64,000 nt of DNA. Source: Methanoregula sp. GTDB taxonomy: Archaea; Halobacteriota; Methanomicrobia; Methanomicrobiales; Methanospirillaceae. The translations under genes and the position numbers were made by a program. Positions 51,053-61,015 of this stretch are shown piece after piece. The stretch is taken from positions 32,001 to 96,000 of the forward strand of contig JBDKTL010000021.1 in NCBI GenBank assembly GCA_039698055.1, read 5' to 3'. The stretch's first letter is position 1, and every line of letters starts with the position of its first letter. Below the pieces are notes generated by a model. That model did no database searches, was not told the DNA's origin, and saw only the letters and a list, made by a program, of their open reading frames with translations.

Positions 51053-52867
51053 ATGGGCGAAACTCCCGGTTCCTCATCAAAGATTGTCAGGTCCCTCGGG
51101 CTCGTGTTCGGGGATATCGGTACAAGCCCCATCTACACCGTCGGCGCCATCCTTCTCTTCCTGCTGCCAACCACAGCCAACATTTTCGGGCTTCTTTCCC
51201 TCATCACCTGGACACTGTTTATCGTCATCACAGCCCAGTACATCTGGCTCGCGATGTCGCTTTCCGACAAAGGTGAAGGGGGAACAATTGTGCTCAGGAC
51301 CATTCTTGACACGCTCCTGAAACCCGGGGTTGTAGCTTCAGCAGTATCGGTCCTCACGATTGTCGGGATTGCCCTTTTTATCAGCGATGGCGTCATCACC
51401 CCGGCAATCAGTATTCTCTCGGCAGTTGAAGGCATCCTGCTGATCCCGGGGTTCGAAGAGACAAGCGGGCTCTTAATCCTGCTCGTGGCGGCCCTCATCG
51501 CCATCGGCCTCTTTTTCTTCCAGCGCCGGGGAAGCGGGCGCGTGGCATGGGCATTTGGCCCGGTCATGGTGATATGGTTTGGTGCCCTTGCTATCACCGG
51601 CGTGATCTCCATCATCGGCGCCCCGCAGGTGCTCTTCGCGCTGAGCCCAACCTATGCCCTCCATTTCCTTCTCCAAAACGGCTGGGAATCGCTGATCGTG
51701 ATGTCGGCAGTTATTCTCTGCGTCACCGGGGGCGAGGCACTCTATGCCGACATGGGGCATCTGGGCAGGGAACCTATTGTCAAAGGGTGGATCGTCGTCT
51801 TCCCTGCCCTGTTGCTCAGCTACCTCGGGCAGGGTGCTTTCGTCCTCCAGACCGGCAGCACCCACAATGTCCTCTTTTCAATGATCCATCACATCAGCCC
51901 ACTCCTCTATGTCCCCTTCCTCATCCTGAGCATCGGTGCAACAGTCATCGCTTCGCAGGCAATGATCTCCGGGATGTTTTCTATCGTGTACCAAGGTATG
52001 ACCACCCGGATCTTCCCCAAGATGAAGATCGAATACACCTCTCCTGAACTCCGGTCCCAGATCTATATCGATGCGGTCAACTGGATGCTGCTCCTTGCGG
52101 TACTGGTGGTCATGTTTGAATTCAGGTCATCGGAAAATCTTGCCGCAGCCTACGGTCTTGCCGTCTCGGGCTCGATGATGATCTCTGCTATCATGATGGC
52201 ACTCATCTTCCTTATGAGGGGGTCCCCGGTCAAGATGTGCTGCGCCGGTGCCCTCATCGTGATCGACTTTTTCTTCTTCATCGCGACATTGATGAAGATC
52301 CCGCATGGCGCGTACTTCTCGTTTATCCTCGCCGCGATTCTCATCATTATTATCGCCACATTTATTCTCGGGCAGGACAAGCTCCACGCGATGCTCAAAC
52401 CCCTCCCGCTGGACGAGTTCCTCCCACGGTATACGGAATCTTATACGAATGCGCCCAGGATCCGGGGGACTGCACTCTACTTCATCAGCGATGTCAGGAA
52501 CCTGTCCCCGTATCTCAACCAGATCTTCTTCCAGAACGAGATTATCTACGAGAATAACGTGCTTGTCAGTATACAGATCACCGACAAACCCTTTGGTGTG
52601 CACACCGAATTCGATACCAACATCGGCCCCGGCCTGCAGCTCTTCACCATCACTGCCGGGTATATGGAAGTGATCGATGTGTGTGCATTGCTGCTGGAGC
52701 GGGGCATTGACGAGAAGACCATCTTCTACGGGATTGAAAATATCGTCAGCGACAAATTTTTCTGGAAACTCTACGGTATCATGAAAAAAATATCCCCTCC
52801 ATTTGTCCAGTTCTACACCCTGCCTCCGGAGAAAATGCACGGTGTGGTAACAAGGGTTATTATGTGA
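51053..52867 (+). CDS. kup: KUP/HAK/KT potassium uptake transporter
   Basis: VFGDIGTSPIY, GEGG, DGVITPAIS, GGEALYADMGH, IASQAMISG and AAYG motifs. Confidence 0.93.
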   Translation: MGETPGSSSKIVRSLGLVFGDIGTSPIYTVGAILLFLLPTTANIFGLLSLITWTLFIVITAQYIWLAMSLSDKGEGGTIVLRTILDTLLKPGVVASAVSVLTIVGIALFISDGVITPAISILSAVEGILLIPGFEETSGLLILLVAALIAIGLFFFQRRGSGRVAWAFGPVMVIWFGALAITGVISIIGAPQVLFALSPTYALHFLLQNGWESLIVMSAVILCVTGGEALYADMGHLGREPIVKGWIVVFPALLLSYLGQGAFVLQTGSTHNVLFSMIHHISPLLYVPFLILSIGATVIASQAMISGMFSIVYQGMTTRIFPKMKIEYTSPELRSQIYIDAVNWMLLLAVLVVMFEFRSSENLAAAYGLAVSGSMMISAIMMALIFLMRGSPVKMCCAGALIVIDFFFFIATLMKIPHGAYFSFILAAILIIIIATFILGQDKLHAMLKPLPLDEFLPRYTESYTNAPRIRGTALYFISDVRNLSPYLNQIFFQNEIIYENNVLVSIQITDKPFGVHTEFDTNIGPGLQLFTITAGYMEVIDVCALLLERGIDEKTIFYGIENIVSDKFFWKLYGIMKKISPPFVQFYTLPPEKMHGVVTRVIM

Positions 52868-52950
52868 ACCCGTCCTTGATATCGCTTCATGGCATCCTTT
52901 TTTACCGTTGGGCAAAACCCCAGAAACAACCGGTTTTTCATCCGCCTTTT

Positions 52951-55380
52951 TTATGAATACGGGTGAATTTTCCGGAACAGCCTGACCTTGATCTGGTCGC
53001 TTATCAGGAAAGACGCCAGAGCATATCCCCAGACAATAAGCGCAAGCGACCACCCGATGGGGGTGATGATAAAAAATCCATAGATCGCGATGAGAGTCGC
53101 GCCCACCTGCGTAAGTTCTGCGGTGCCAAAAAGTGCGAGCGAGGGGAACGGTCGCTCCCAGAAGTGCTGCTGGCCGGTGCGGGCAAGGTAAATTGTCATG
53201 TGACCTGCAACAGCAAGTTTGAGGAAGATGAGCGTCTGGATAACACCGGTATCAAGGTGGAAATATTCTCGTGCGATCCAGAGAAGGATGAAGCTTGAGA
53301 TTACGCCCAGAATACCAAGGACAGATGCAAGCGTCAGGATGCGTTTCATCTGCCAGCGCACAGGCGTTCCTGCAACCGGGGCGTTGTCAAATGCGATTGT
53401 CATGATGGGGAGGTCGTTGAGGATCGCCAGCATGACGATCATGAATGCAGTAACCGGGTAAAAATTCAGCAGCACGATACAGAGGGTCAGGAAGATAAGG
53501 ACCCTGACAGTTTCGGCGACACGGTATACAGCATAATTTTCCATCCGCCGGAATATTTCCCGGCTCCTCTCGATTGCATCGATGATGACCGAGAGCCCGG
53601 GTTTTGTCAGGACAATGTCTGCGGCAGATTTTGCTGCGTCGGTCGCACCGGCGACCGCAATGCCGGTATCTGCCTCCCGGAGTGCCGGGGCATCGTTCAC
53701 GCCATCCCCGGTCATGCCGACAATATGGTTGCCGGCCTGCAGGGTCTTTACGATATTGAACTTGTCTTCAGGAAGAACCTGGGCAAATCCATCGGCAGAC
53801 TCGAGCTGTTTTCGGGTATCGTCTCCACCTCCTGCGATCAATGCTGTCCGTGGAACGATGTTCTGGCCAAGGCCAACATTCCGTGAGACCTCTTTGGCAA
53901 TGGCAATGTGATCCCCCGTCATCATTTTCACGTCCACGCCAAGGTTTTTTGCTTTATTTATCGTGGCCGCGGAATCCTTTCGGGGTGGATCGAACAGCCC
54001 AATCAGGCCAAGATACTGCCAGGTTCCGGTACTGTCGGTCCGGGCTACGCCAAGAGCGCGGAACCCTTTCTCCGCAAACCCTGTCACCCAGCCGTCAAGC
54101 GCAGAGACCCCCGCAGCAGAACCCCAAACGAGTGCGGCGATTGCCTGGGGTGCGCCTTTGGCCACTTTTACGGTCACTCCACCGGTATTTCTGGCGTCAG
54201 CCTTTGAATACTTCGAGACCGGGTCAAACGGCACAAAATCGGTGACCTCGTAATCCATGGCACCGGGTTTCCCCGGGCTGGTGGCGGATATTTCCTGTTC
54301 GATGATTGCCTTATCGATGGGATCATTGCTCTCTTTTTTCGAGGCCAGTGCCGCCGCTATGAGAATATCCTGTTCTGAAACGCCGGGAAAAGTTTTGATC
54401 TCCCCGATACTGATGGAATTCTGCGTTATTGTCCCGGTCTTATCGGCACAGAGGATATCCATCCCGGCCAACTCTTCTATGGCAGTGAGCCGGCTGACAA
54501 TCGCCTCCTTTTTTGCAAGGGCCGTGGCACCGACAACAAGGGTCACGGTCATGACTGCGGGAAGCGCTGCGGGAATGGCTGCTACGACAAGGATGAGGGC
54601 AAACTGGAGGGTCTCCAGAAGGGATGCGGACCGTATGAGTGCCACAACAATAACAACGCTGACCAGCGCTATGGCAAGGATAATGAGATAGTTGCCGATC
54701 CGCTCGACAGCCGCCTTAAAATGGCTTCGCGGGGATTTTACCTGGACGAGCCGGGCGGTCTTGCCAAAGAAGGTGTTTCCCCCGGTTGTCGTGACCTTTG
54801 CATCCATCTCGCCCTGCCGGGCGATGGACCCCGAATATACCGTATCGCCCGGTTTCTTCTCGACCGGAAGGGATTCGCCGGTCAGTGCTGATTCATCAAG
54901 AAGGAGGTATTTCCCAAAGCCCAGTACTGCATCTGCCGGCACGATATCTCCCAGACGGATATGGACGATGTCCCCGGGAACAAGTTCGCGGGAAGGGATC
55001 TCCTGCCATTTCCCATCCCGGAGCACGCGGGCATTGGGCGCGAGCTGCTTTTTTAAGAGTTCGATGGCGTTCTCCGCTTTTCGCTCCTGGAAAAAACCGA
55101 CAACGGCGTTCACGATGAGCAGAAGGAGGATAATGGCAAAATCGTCCCAGTGGGAAATAACTGCTGACAGGATTGCAGCAATCTCGATCATCCACGGGAT
55201 CGGGCCCCAGAAGTAGGAAAGGAATTTGAGCAGCGGGTGTTTCTTTTCCTTGAGGATATCGTTGAAGCCGAACTGGTTCCGGAGATCCGTCACCTCACCA
55301 GTTGTCAGGCCGGTCATGGACTCCTGAGAACCTCCAGGCGATTTGGCTGCCGTGTCCTGCGGTAGCACATCATCTGACAT
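52951..55380 (-). CDS. Plasma-membrane proton-efflux P-type ATPase (P3A)
   Basis: FWGPIPWMIE, TGES, IPAALP, DKTGT, KGAP, DPPR, GDGVND and ILND proton-acceptor motif. Confidence 0.92.
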   Translation of the reverse strand: MSDDVLPQDTAAKSPGGSQESMTGLTTGEVTDLRNQFGFNDILKEKKHPLLKFLSYFWGPIPWMIEIAAILSAVISHWDDFAIILLLLIVNAVVGFFQERKAENAIELLKKQLAPNARVLRDGKWQEIPSRELVPGDIVHIRLGDIVPADAVLGFGKYLLLDESALTGESLPVEKKPGDTVYSGSIARQGEMDAKVTTTGGNTFFGKTARLVQVKSPRSHFKAAVERIGNYLIILAIALVSVVIVVALIRSASLLETLQFALILVVAAIPAALPAVMTVTLVVGATALAKKEAIVSRLTAIEELAGMDILCADKTGTITQNSISIGEIKTFPGVSEQDILIAAALASKKESNDPIDKAIIEQEISATSPGKPGAMDYEVTDFVPFDPVSKYSKADARNTGGVTVKVAKGAPQAIAALVWGSAAGVSALDGWVTGFAEKGFRALGVARTDSTGTWQYLGLIGLFDPPRKDSAATINKAKNLGVDVKMMTGDHIAIAKEVSRNVGLGQNIVPRTALIAGGGDDTRKQLESADGFAQVLPEDKFNIVKTLQAGNHIVGMTGDGVNDAPALREADTGIAVAGATDAAKSAADIVLTKPGLSVIIDAIERSREIFRRMENYAVYRVAETVRVLIFLTLCIVLLNFYPVTAFMIVMLAILNDLPIMTIAFDNAPVAGTPVRWQMKRILTLASVLGILGVISSFILLWIAREYFHLDTGVIQTLIFLKLAVAGHMTIYLARTGQQHFWERPFPSLALFGTAELTQVGATLIAIYGFFIITPIGWSLALIVWGYALASFLISDQIKVRLFRKIHPYS

Positions 55381-55849
55381 AGACAATGATCTCCTGCTCT
55401 TATCGGATATAAAAGCGGTTGATAGGCTGGAACGGGGCCGGTATCAACCGCTACGGGTTTGATTTTAAAATATTTCAGGAATGCAGGGATGTATTTTTCC
55501 ACTTCTTTTTATTTTGAAATGCCCGACCATTTAATCATCTGAATCGGCTATTGAGCAAATTATCGTAACAATCAGTCAGGTTTGGCAGGCCAGGGTTTTG
55601 GCCTGGGACATTCATCATAACGACAATGGTTTCATCCACATCAAAATTGGTTTTCCATTGGTTGGAGATAAAAATACCATCCTCTGTTTTAACAACATAA
55701 AAAAAGATTTTTCTCACATCCCAAAATTTGCAACAACAACCAAAATTTATTTACCCTCCCACTCCACGAAAGCCTGTTTTAATAGGGAATTTTTTTTTAA
55801 TCAAACCAAGGAACAGAGAATACAGGATTTTTTGTAGTAAGGAGTGTTT

Positions 55850-57301
55850 ATGACCGAAAATAATGTGGCAAAAACAAAAAAAATCACGGGAACAAAAAAA
55901 CCCGTCAGTTTAAAGATACTGGGCGTCTTTGCCCTTGCGATGATCAACGTCGCCGCAGTGCTGAGCATCAGGAATTTTCCCTCGATGGCTGAGTTCGGGT
56001 GGTCGAGCATAGGATGGTATCTTGTCGGGACCATCCTGTTCCTTATCCCGATCTCCCTCGCCGGTGCCGAGCTTGCCACCGGGTGGCCTGAAGGGGGAGG
56101 TGTCTATGCATGGGTCAAGCAGGCGTTCGGGGAAAAAGGAGGGTTTATCGCAATCTTCTGCGACTGGTCCAACAACCTTGTCTGGTTTCCCACCGTGCTC
56201 GCCTTCATCGCCTCGACCCTTGCTTTCGTTATCACGCCGGATCTCGCGAATAACCCGGTCTACATGCTCAGCGTGATGATGATCGTGTTCTGGGGCACCA
56301 CCTCAATCGCCTACTTTGGACCCGACGTAACCGCAAAATTTTCCAATGTTGGCGTGATCCTCGGAAGTATCGTCCCGATCGGCATCATCATCATTTTCGG
56401 GACCTGGGGGGTAATTACCGGGGCTGCAACAGCACTTCCCGCTTTTTCGGCGGGTGCAATAATCCCTGTCATTAACTTTGCAACATTGTCATTTTTTGCA
56501 ACCATCATTCTCATGTTTGCCGGGATGGAAATGGCCGGGTTCCATGCGCTTGAGACCAAAAATCCCCAGAAGGACTATCCAAAGGCAATCGCAATCTCGG
56601 CACTTATCATTTTTATCTGCTCGGTTCTGGGGACACTTGCCATCGCGTTTGTGATCCCGACCGCCAAGCTCGGTCTTGCATCCGGGGTCATGCAGGCTAT
56701 CCAGTACTTCTTTGTGACGGTAAATCTCCCGTGGCTCGTTGCGCCGATGGCAGTACTGGTAACGATTGGCGGGGTGATCCTTCTCGCTGCCTGGCTTATC
56801 GGCCCGGCAAAAGGTCTCGGTGTTGTGGCACTTGACGGGAATATGCCCCCGATGTTCAACCGGCACAACAAGTATGGATCGCCCGTTGGGATTCTTGTCA
56901 CCCAGGCGCTCATCGGTTCTGCAATCTCGCTCCTGTACGTCATTTTGCCCTCGGTCAACCAGGCATACTGGATCATGTCGGCCATGACCGTCGAACTGCT
57001 CTGTATCATGTACGTGCTGGTCTTTGCCGCCCTGATCAAGCTCCGGTACAGCAAGCCAAATCAGCCACGGCCGTTTAAGATTCCCGGCGGAATGGCAGGG
57101 ATCTGGATTGTCGGTGGTCTTGGAGGAATCGGCGTTATATTCGCATTTATCGTCGGCCTGATCCCCCCGGCGATTTTCCCGAATGCCCCTCTCTATGTCG
57201 GATCGGTGCTGCTCGGGACATTCCTGCTTGCGGTACCACCGCTTGTCTTTATGAAATTCAAAAAACCGTCATGGGCCATAGCAGAGGACCAGGAAAATTA
57301 A
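55850..57301 (+). CDS. APC family amino acid permease (GadC/YjeM-like)
   Basis: VAAVLSIRNFP, AELATGWP.GGVYAWV, FAGMEM, NPQKDYP and RPFKIPGG motifs. GGAG RBS. Confidence 0.88.
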   Translation: MTENNVAKTKKITGTKKPVSLKILGVFALAMINVAAVLSIRNFPSMAEFGWSSIGWYLVGTILFLIPISLAGAELATGWPEGGGVYAWVKQAFGEKGGFIAIFCDWSNNLVWFPTVLAFIASTLAFVITPDLANNPVYMLSVMMIVFWGTTSIAYFGPDVTAKFSNVGVILGSIVPIGIIIIFGTWGVITGAATALPAFSAGAIIPVINFATLSFFATIILMFAGMEMAGFHALETKNPQKDYPKAIAISALIIFICSVLGTLAIAFVIPTAKLGLASGVMQAIQYFFVTVNLPWLVAPMAVLVTIGGVILLAAWLIGPAKGLGVVALDGNMPPMFNRHNKYGSPVGILVTQALIGSAISLLYVILPSVNQAYWIMSAMTVELLCIMYVLVFAALIKLRYSKPNQPRPFKIPGGMAGIWIVGGLGGIGVIFAFIVGLIPPAIFPNAPLYVGSVLLGTFLLAVPPLVFMKFKKPSWAIAEDQEN

Positions 57302-57494
57302 CTAAAAATCGTGGAAAAACAGCCGCCCGGTCCGGGACCCGGGCACTGTTTTCTCTCATGTGCTCAAGAATTGCGGTAGACTTTTTTTAGGTCGGAACAA
57401 CAATTAAAACGCCTCGCAATTGAGCTTTTTTTATCAGGATATGAAGGATTGGCCGGACAGTAGTGCGGGACTATTTAAAAAAAATCAGATTGCA

Positions 57495-58211
57495 TCAGAG
57501 AAGTTTTTTATACCGGTGCCGGTAGAATTCCCCGGCATGGTACACCATCACGCTGACTTCTTTTCCCCGGGAAAAATTTTGCATCTGGCATTCATGCGTG
57601 GCCGGGTCATGCCGGAGATCGTGCACGGTGAAGTATTCATGCAGTGTTTCAAGAAATGAAATCTGCTGGGCGAGGAATGCGTTTTCATATTCCTTGACCT
57701 TCTGGGCGAGCGCGGTGCAGTCTTCAGGGGACAGGGCCTGGTCAGATCGCCCGTGCTTGTTTTTCCGGGCGAACTTCAGCCATGTGGCTTCTCCCGTCAC
57801 ATCGACACTGCGGCGGAGCATGTGGGGATAGATACGGCATCCGGAAAATCTCCGGTCGTAGATACGGCACCGGCCTTCATCAAGGAACCAGCAGGACCCG
57901 CCGGTACGATCGTTCATCCGGAGTGCATACCCGGAAACATACAGCATGCCGTTCTGGTCGCAGAACTCAGGGTCCGGCGCGGGTTCGTACGCCGCAGGAT
58001 CGATCTTTTTTACTTCGTTTACATCATGCTCAAGGAGAAAGATATGGGGGTTGACTGCCCGTTTACAGCACGCCCCGCAGCAGTCACACCCAAACCCCGT
58101 GGCCCGGATCTCCATTGCCAGGTGTTCAAGCGGGTAGGCAAAGAGGCGGTTTTGCTCCTGCATCATGGCGATGATGCGAAAGGGAATAGGAACATCCTGG
58201 GAAGTGGCCAT
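57495..58211 (-). CDS. YkgJ family cysteine cluster (CxxCxxCC) protein
   Basis: CDCCGACC...CWFL...CRIY..R...CRIYP. TGATG coupling to the upstream gene. Confidence 0.8.
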   Translation of the reverse strand: MATSQDVPIPFRIIAMMQEQNRLFAYPLEHLAMEIRATGFGCDCCGACCKRAVNPHIFLLEHDVNEVKKIDPAAYEPAPDPEFCDQNGMLYVSGYALRMNDRTGGSCWFLDEGRCRIYDRRFSGCRIYPHMLRRSVDVTGEATWLKFARKNKHGRSDQALSPEDCTALAQKVKEYENAFLAQQISFLETLHEYFTVHDLRHDPATHECQMQNFSRGKEVSVMVYHAGEFYRHRYKKLL

Positions 58212-59074
58212 CAGGCTCCCCCCCATGGGTGCCCGGCGGGACAATCATAATCAATACCGGTAATGGTATACTCCTCGCAGGCATGTTTACCATCGGGAAG
58301 AACCATGTCGGAAGTAATCTGCAGGGGAACCTGGTATCCCCCGATATTTGTATATCCGAAATACCGTTGCCGGAAATGGCCGGATGCCCCGGTTCCCTGT
58401 TTCTGGAAATCCTCGGAATCTATCCCGATACTCTCGATCTGGCCCCGGCTATCGAACCCAAAGAGCGCCCGGGCACTCAGATCGCCATCGTGAATCGTAG
58501 CCTTTGCTGTCGAGTCATCAACCGGTTCCCAGGTAATTGAACCCGAAGAGGAAAGTGCGATGGGGAAGAAAGGAATGCTTGCAAGGTAGCGGAAAAGCGA
58601 GCCTGTTTTTATCCTGCTGCTGTGGGAATTATTGAGCGGCAAAACCGAAAACAGGTTGAGTTTTACTGCCGCGTCTCCATGGACATAGTAATCGAAGGCG
58701 TCTATCCAGATCATGGGAGCAAAGGCAATTTTTGCATGCCAGGTAAATCCCGGCGTTGAACACGCGAAGATTGCCTCGCCTTTGGTTTTCATCCATCGTC
58801 CCTTTGCGCCGAACCGTGTTCTTCCCGTATAATGGACACGTGCACAACCAGCCGGATGTGAATTCTTGCCAATGGCCCATGTCAGGTAGCGGGAGACCGG
58901 TCCGGGAACGGTGAGAGGTGGTGCGGCATTGGGAAACCGGGCATAAAAAATGATCAGGTAAAGGTAGTGAATCTGTTCCCGGGCAAAAAGGGAAAAGATC
59001 TTGCCCCCGACGATGATAATAAAGAGAGAAATCGAAATGAAGATAATTATCCCGGCAAGTGCCTCAGAAAGCAT
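58211..59074 (-). CDS. Membrane-anchored DUF6544/DUF6920-like protein
   Basis: N-terminal TM helix with P.PV.RYL, PGFTW.A, LFRYLA..PFFP and ITWEPVDD.TAKAT pattern. Overlaps mscS end. Confidence 0.65.
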   Translation of the reverse strand: MLSEALAGIIIFISISLFIIIVGGKIFSLFAREQIHYLYLIIFYARFPNAAPPLTVPGPVSRYLTWAIGKNSHPAGCARVHYTGRTRFGAKGRWMKTKGEAIFACSTPGFTWHAKIAFAPMIWIDAFDYYVHGDAAVKLNLFSVLPLNNSHSSRIKTGSLFRYLASIPFFPIALSSSGSITWEPVDDSTAKATIHDGDLSARALFGFDSRGQIESIGIDSEDFQKQGTGASGHFRQRYFGYTNIGGYQVPLQITSDMVLPDGKHACEEYTITGIDYDCPAGHPWGGA

Positions 59075-60116
59075 CAGATCCCCCCGGTTTTCGCAGCCGG
59101 ACATCAACCTGGCGGAACGGGATCTCGATGTTTTCTTCTGTAAATCTCTGGGCGATGCGGTCATTCATAAAGTCCTTCACGTCCCATGAATTATCGTAAT
59201 TATTGGTCCAGAGGATGAGCTGCCCGTTGAGGCTCGATTCACCGAATTCGAGAAAATACACCGCGGGTACGGGATCGGTCAGGACCCATGGGGTTTTTTC
59301 TGCGGCTTCGCGGGCGATCGAGAGCAGAAGTTCCTTGACCTTTTTCATGTTGGAACCGTAGGCAACCGAGAACGGGATCCTGACTTTCATCCGGACATCC
59401 GGCATTGCATAATTGATGATGATGCTTGTGGTGATTTTAGAATTGGGAACCGTGACAAACAGGTTATCCAGCGTTTTGATACGGGTGCTTCGCGGTCCGA
59501 TGCTGATAACATCCCCAAAATGTGTGTCGATCTGTACCCGGTCGCCGATCCGGAATGGCTTGTCAACGGCAATGATTGCTCCGCTGAAGAAATTGCCAAG
59601 AATGTCCTGTGCGGCAAGAGCAAGCGCAATGCCGGCGATACCTGCGCCTGCAAGGAGAGGAGTAATATCGATCTGAAATTCGGCAAGAATGAGAAGAAGC
59701 GCCACAAACCAGATCAGGTATTTTGCAATCGCCTCAAGGATTGGAATAAGCCGGTCGTCAAGATCGGTTTTTGTCTTTTCTGCGATGCTGTTGGCATACG
59801 TATGAATAAGATTATAAGAGAAAACCGAGGTAATCCAGGCGCCAAGGATAATAAATACCGCATTAATCAGGTGGTCAGTTATCAGCCAGGAAAGGTACGC
59901 AGGGACAATATCGTAACGGGTCAGGGCAATGTAGATCGAAACAGCAATGATCGCGACGACCAGCGGTGTCCCGACTGCATTGAGGATAATATTATCAAGT
60001 TCGGTCTCAGTTTTGTCAGCTTTCTTTTTAAGCCAGATAATTATTCCGTGAACCACGCCGGCGAGGATAAACCCGGCAACAATGGTAACAGCGGCGGAGA
60101 AGAAGCCGTTTTCCAT
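59064..60116 (-). CDS. mscS: Small-conductance mechanosensitive channel
   Basis: LLAGAGIAGIALALAAQD..N, KPFRIGD, RSTRI.T.DN, VPNS, VAYGS and IEIPFRQ motifs. Confidence 0.92.
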   Translation of the reverse strand: MENGFFSAAVTIVAGFILAGVVHGIIIWLKKKADKTETELDNIILNAVGTPLVVAIIAVSIYIALTRYDIVPAYLSWLITDHLINAVFIILGAWITSVFSYNLIHTYANSIAEKTKTDLDDRLIPILEAIAKYLIWFVALLLILAEFQIDITPLLAGAGIAGIALALAAQDILGNFFSGAIIAVDKPFRIGDRVQIDTHFGDVISIGPRSTRIKTLDNLFVTVPNSKITTSIIINYAMPDVRMKVRIPFSVAYGSNMKKVKELLLSIAREAAEKTPWVLTDPVPAVYFLEFGESSLNGQLILWTNNYDNSWDVKDFMNDRIAQRFTEENIEIPFRQVDVRLRKPGGSDAF

Positions 60117-60175
60117 TACGACACCTCCGCTGTCTGTACCAGCTCATTAAAGGAAATATTCATGCGTTTTACCTC

Positions 60176-61015
60176 TCACAATTTTTTATACCAGACGTTC
60201 ATGCTCTCAAGATTCCCGCAGATGTTTGTATTATTGGCAAGCAGCCCGCCGTACTGGTAGCCGGCAGCGGCAAATAGTGTATTTATGGGACGGGATATCG
60301 CCCGGGCGATGGTATATGCCAGCAGGATTCCCTCGCCCTGCAAACATGTCTCCATCGCCCGGAGGAGATTACTGGCAAGACCATATCCCCGAAACCCCGG
60401 CCCGGTGGCAAAATCGGTCATCTCTGCATGGCCTTGCGCGGTATTGACCTCGCAGGAAGCAACTGCCGCCAACTGACGGCCGGGTGCCCGGACGATGAAA
60501 TACCGGATCGAACCCCGCATGGTCTCCCGGATATATTCCGGATCAAAGACCGGGAACGGGTACGTTTTAAAAACAGCACGGTACAGAGCAGTTATCTCCT
60601 CTGCATCCCGGTCCTTTGCAGGTTCCAGGAAATACCCGTCCGGCAGCACAGCGTGCGATGCCATGCTGGCATTGATTAAAGATGCCGACAGGACATCTGC
60701 AAGAATGGTTGAATCATGGATAATGGACCGGTCGGGTTTGCCATACTTTACCATAAATATTGCAGGCTCTTTACCCCGGAAAAAGAAAGGGACCGTCGCT
60801 TCTGGAACATACCCGTTATCGAGAAACTGGTCAACCGATGATGCCGGTACCTTGACAAAAATTTTGGAATATCCTTCCTGTAAACAGAGGTCATCGGCAA
60901 ACCGGATAATATCCGGGATGTCGTTTGGGGCAAGTTTCATCACGTAGACCCGGTTGTTGTGATGGCCGTGCTGGATTACGCTGTTTCCCCGGTGCAGCAC
61001 ACCATCAGTCTGCAT
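60176..61015 (-). CDS. ablB: Beta-lysine N6-acetyltransferase
   Basis: [37 protein letters not shown] and [15 protein letters not shown] motifs. Overlaps ablA. Confidence 0.9.
   Translation of the reverse strand: MQTDGVLHRGNSVIQHGHHNNRVYVMKLAPNDIPDIIRFADDLCLQEGYSKIFVKVPASSVDQFLDNGYVPEATVPFFFRGKEPAIFMVKYGKPDRSIIHDSTILADVLSASLINASMASHAVLPDGYFLEPAKDRDAEEITALYRAVFKTYPFPVFDPEYIRETMRGSIRYFIVRAPGRQLAAVASCEVNTAQGHAEMTDFATGPGFRGYGLASNLLRAMETCLQGEGILLAYTIARAISRPINTLFAAAGYQYGGLLANNTNICGNLESMNVWYKKL

Noticed and set aside
55535-55717. 60-aa ORF between the H+-ATPase and the permease
   Set aside because: AT-rich divergent promoter region with no recognisable motif; cannot be supported without homology data.
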